Source: Octopus sinensis
Taxonomy: Eukaryota
Assembly (NCBI RefSeq): GCF_006345805.1
Contig: NC_043005.1
Location: 90,892,001-90,956,000, forward strand
Direction of reading: 5' to 3'
Length of the DNA: 64,000 bases
Under the pieces are notes generated by a model. It was not told where the DNA came from. It was given only the letters and a program-made list of their open reading frames with translations, and did no database searches. The position numbers and the translations under genes are program-made. Positions 61,976 through 64,000 of this stretch are shown here, in pieces; the stretch's first letter is position 1; each line of letters opens with the position of its first letter.

Positions 61976-64000
61976 TTTATTTTAATAAATATAAATAGTC
62001 ATTAATGATGGGACTTGCCAATTAAGATAAAGAAGATAATGCCACAATTCAAACTGATTAAAAATTGAATGGGAATATGGAGCAGAGAGAGTCTGCAAAG
62101 TATCGCCTTACTCGTTATTTATTACCAGATCATTTATTGATTGGATAATTTAAAATAATGATGTGGGGAAATTTATCAGGGATGTCTTCATCATCATCAT
62201 CATCATCATCATTATAATCATCACTGTTTAACACCCACTTTTTCCATGCTTGCATGAGTCAGGCAGAGTTTAGAGGTAGAATTTTTAACAGCAAGATGGC
62301 CTTCCTGTCACTAGTCGTCACCTGTTTCCAAGCTTTAAAATACAAAAAAGGACAACAAAACATCCAGATAGACAAAACAAAGAAAACAAGGACAGGCCAT
62401 TTGAAGTTTTCTATCTTCAGTCAAGAACCAGATTATCCTCGCAATTTCGGCTGATTATTCTTGAGAATGCTCCAATCTGGCCAGCCCCAAGGAAAAACTA
62501 AGCTAAGAGCATTAGATTCCTTGGAAGAAAGCATCGAATGTATACAGAAACAAGGATGGAAAAAATGGACAATGTTACACAAATATAAATACAATAAAAA
62601 TGATAACAGGACATAAAAACAGGTATCTTTTGACTAAGGACAAATTGAATTAAGCTGGCACATGTGGAAATGAAGCTTTGCTGCAGAGATACAAGAATTT
62701 CACAAACACAGGGAAGAATATCGATGTAGCATGGACCACGGTCAGACCAAGAAAGAAAGAGCGAGCAGTCTGGCCGATCGGTCACGTCGAAAGAGAAGAG
62801 AGAGAAGTAGAAGCAAAGGGACAGAAGAATTAAGGAGGGGGTGAGAAAAAATGACAGGGATACAGTGAAATGAAAAGTGGAGGGAAAGTGAGTAAAAAGA
62901 GAAGGCAAAGAAATGTGAGAGAGGGGGAACGAAAGAACGAAGAGTGGAATGAATGAATAAGCATGAAAGGTTTGATAGAAATAGAATTGTACAAGATTTT
63001 GTAAAATGTGTACTTACATATAAGAGAACAAAGTGTATGTATGCTGCTATATATATATATATATATAATACAAAATGGGACAAGAACACAAAACATCCAG
63101 ACAACTAAGTGATACAAAAAGGGATGACAAAACATCCAGATAGACGATACAAAGAAAACAAGGACAGGTCATCCAAAGTTTTCTATCTTCAGTCAAGAAC
63201 CAGATTATCCTCGCAATTTCAGTTGATTATTCTTGAGGTTGCTCCAGAAAATTCACAAGAAAACAAAAGATGAAAACAGTTGGTTTAGACAACAAACAGA
63301 TGTATTAGTATAACGCTCAGGAAGTGAAAAAGTCTTTAACATTTTGAGCCTACGCTCTTCCACAGAAAGGAACGCAGAAAGAAACAAGGAGAGAGAATAA
63401 AGAATTTGTAGTGGCTAGTGATCTATCATGGTGAAGGCCGGACAGAAGGGTCACACAGGAGAGCAAGGGAGAAGGGGAGATAAGAAAGTGGTGGTGATCC
63501 CAAAACGAAGGTGCGTATGCGTGTGTATAAGAGAGTTTGTATGTGCATTTGGAAGAGGGCTGGTGATCTTGACGTGTGCGTGTGTGTATGTGTAAGTGTG
63601 AAAATGTGGGTCTGGGAAGTGATCATTGCTGATGTGTGCATGGTGGTGTGTTGTGACGTGATGTGTTGTGTGGTATGGTGGAGTAAGGTGTAGTGGTGTG
63701 TGGTGTGGTGTGGTGTTAGGGGGAGGCAGGAGGGAGGAAAACAAGGGTGGGGTGTGGATTAGGCTGAGGGTGGGGGTAGAGGTAGGGGTGTGGGTGGGTG
63801 GGGTGGGGATAAAGATAGAGTATATGGGAGTGAGTGTAAGGGGTGGTGTGGGATGGGGAAGGATAGGGAAGGTGGGGTTGGAATGTGTAGGGGTAGGATG
63901 GGCTTACGAGGGAGGGGTGACAATGAAGGGAGGAAGGAGAAGGTGGGTAGGAGTGAAGAGAAGAAATAGGAGTCGGAGCAAGAGGGAAGAGGTGGGTGGG

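Noticed and set aside
62340-63245. Two direct copies (about 62340-62470 and 63100-63245) with GAAA and CTGAAGA on the minus strand
   Set aside because: Motif order and helices do not fit a hammerhead; treated as an ordinary dispersed repeat.

Overview
AT-rich, microsatellite- and SINE-dense eukaryotic DNA. The repeat families suggest an octopus (coleoid cephalopod); this is recognised by eye, not by search. The window holds most of one + strand gene, an R3-subtype receptor protein tyrosine phosphatase (PTPRQ/PTPRB/PTPRJ/Ptp10D-like). I assembled 22 GT-AG exons between 5479 and 61317 with matching phases, giving 3711 nt (1237 codons) with no stop. They encode a Ser/Thr-rich stalk, about 9 FN3 domains, the R3 membrane-proximal module, one TM helix, a juxtamembrane segment and the start of the wedge region. 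The signal peptide and the catalytic domain lie outside the window. Introns carry decayed Tc1/mariner, hAT, Helitron, RTE, Tx1/L1 and Penelope-like elements, TTAA-flanked MITEs and several tRNA-head SINE families. Four observations stand out. (1) A 1.14-kb tandem duplication of one FN3 exon whose six coding differences are all non-synonymous and change its N-glycosylation sites. (2) Several long intronic foldbacks, including a perfect 181-bp-arm palindrome, many of them carrying minimal hammerhead ribozyme motifs; one motif has the U3-A8 compensated core. (3) A duplicated splice acceptor after the TM exon that would give a phosphatase-less receptor. (4) Near-identical 370-bp direct repeats that bracket exactly one FN3 domain.
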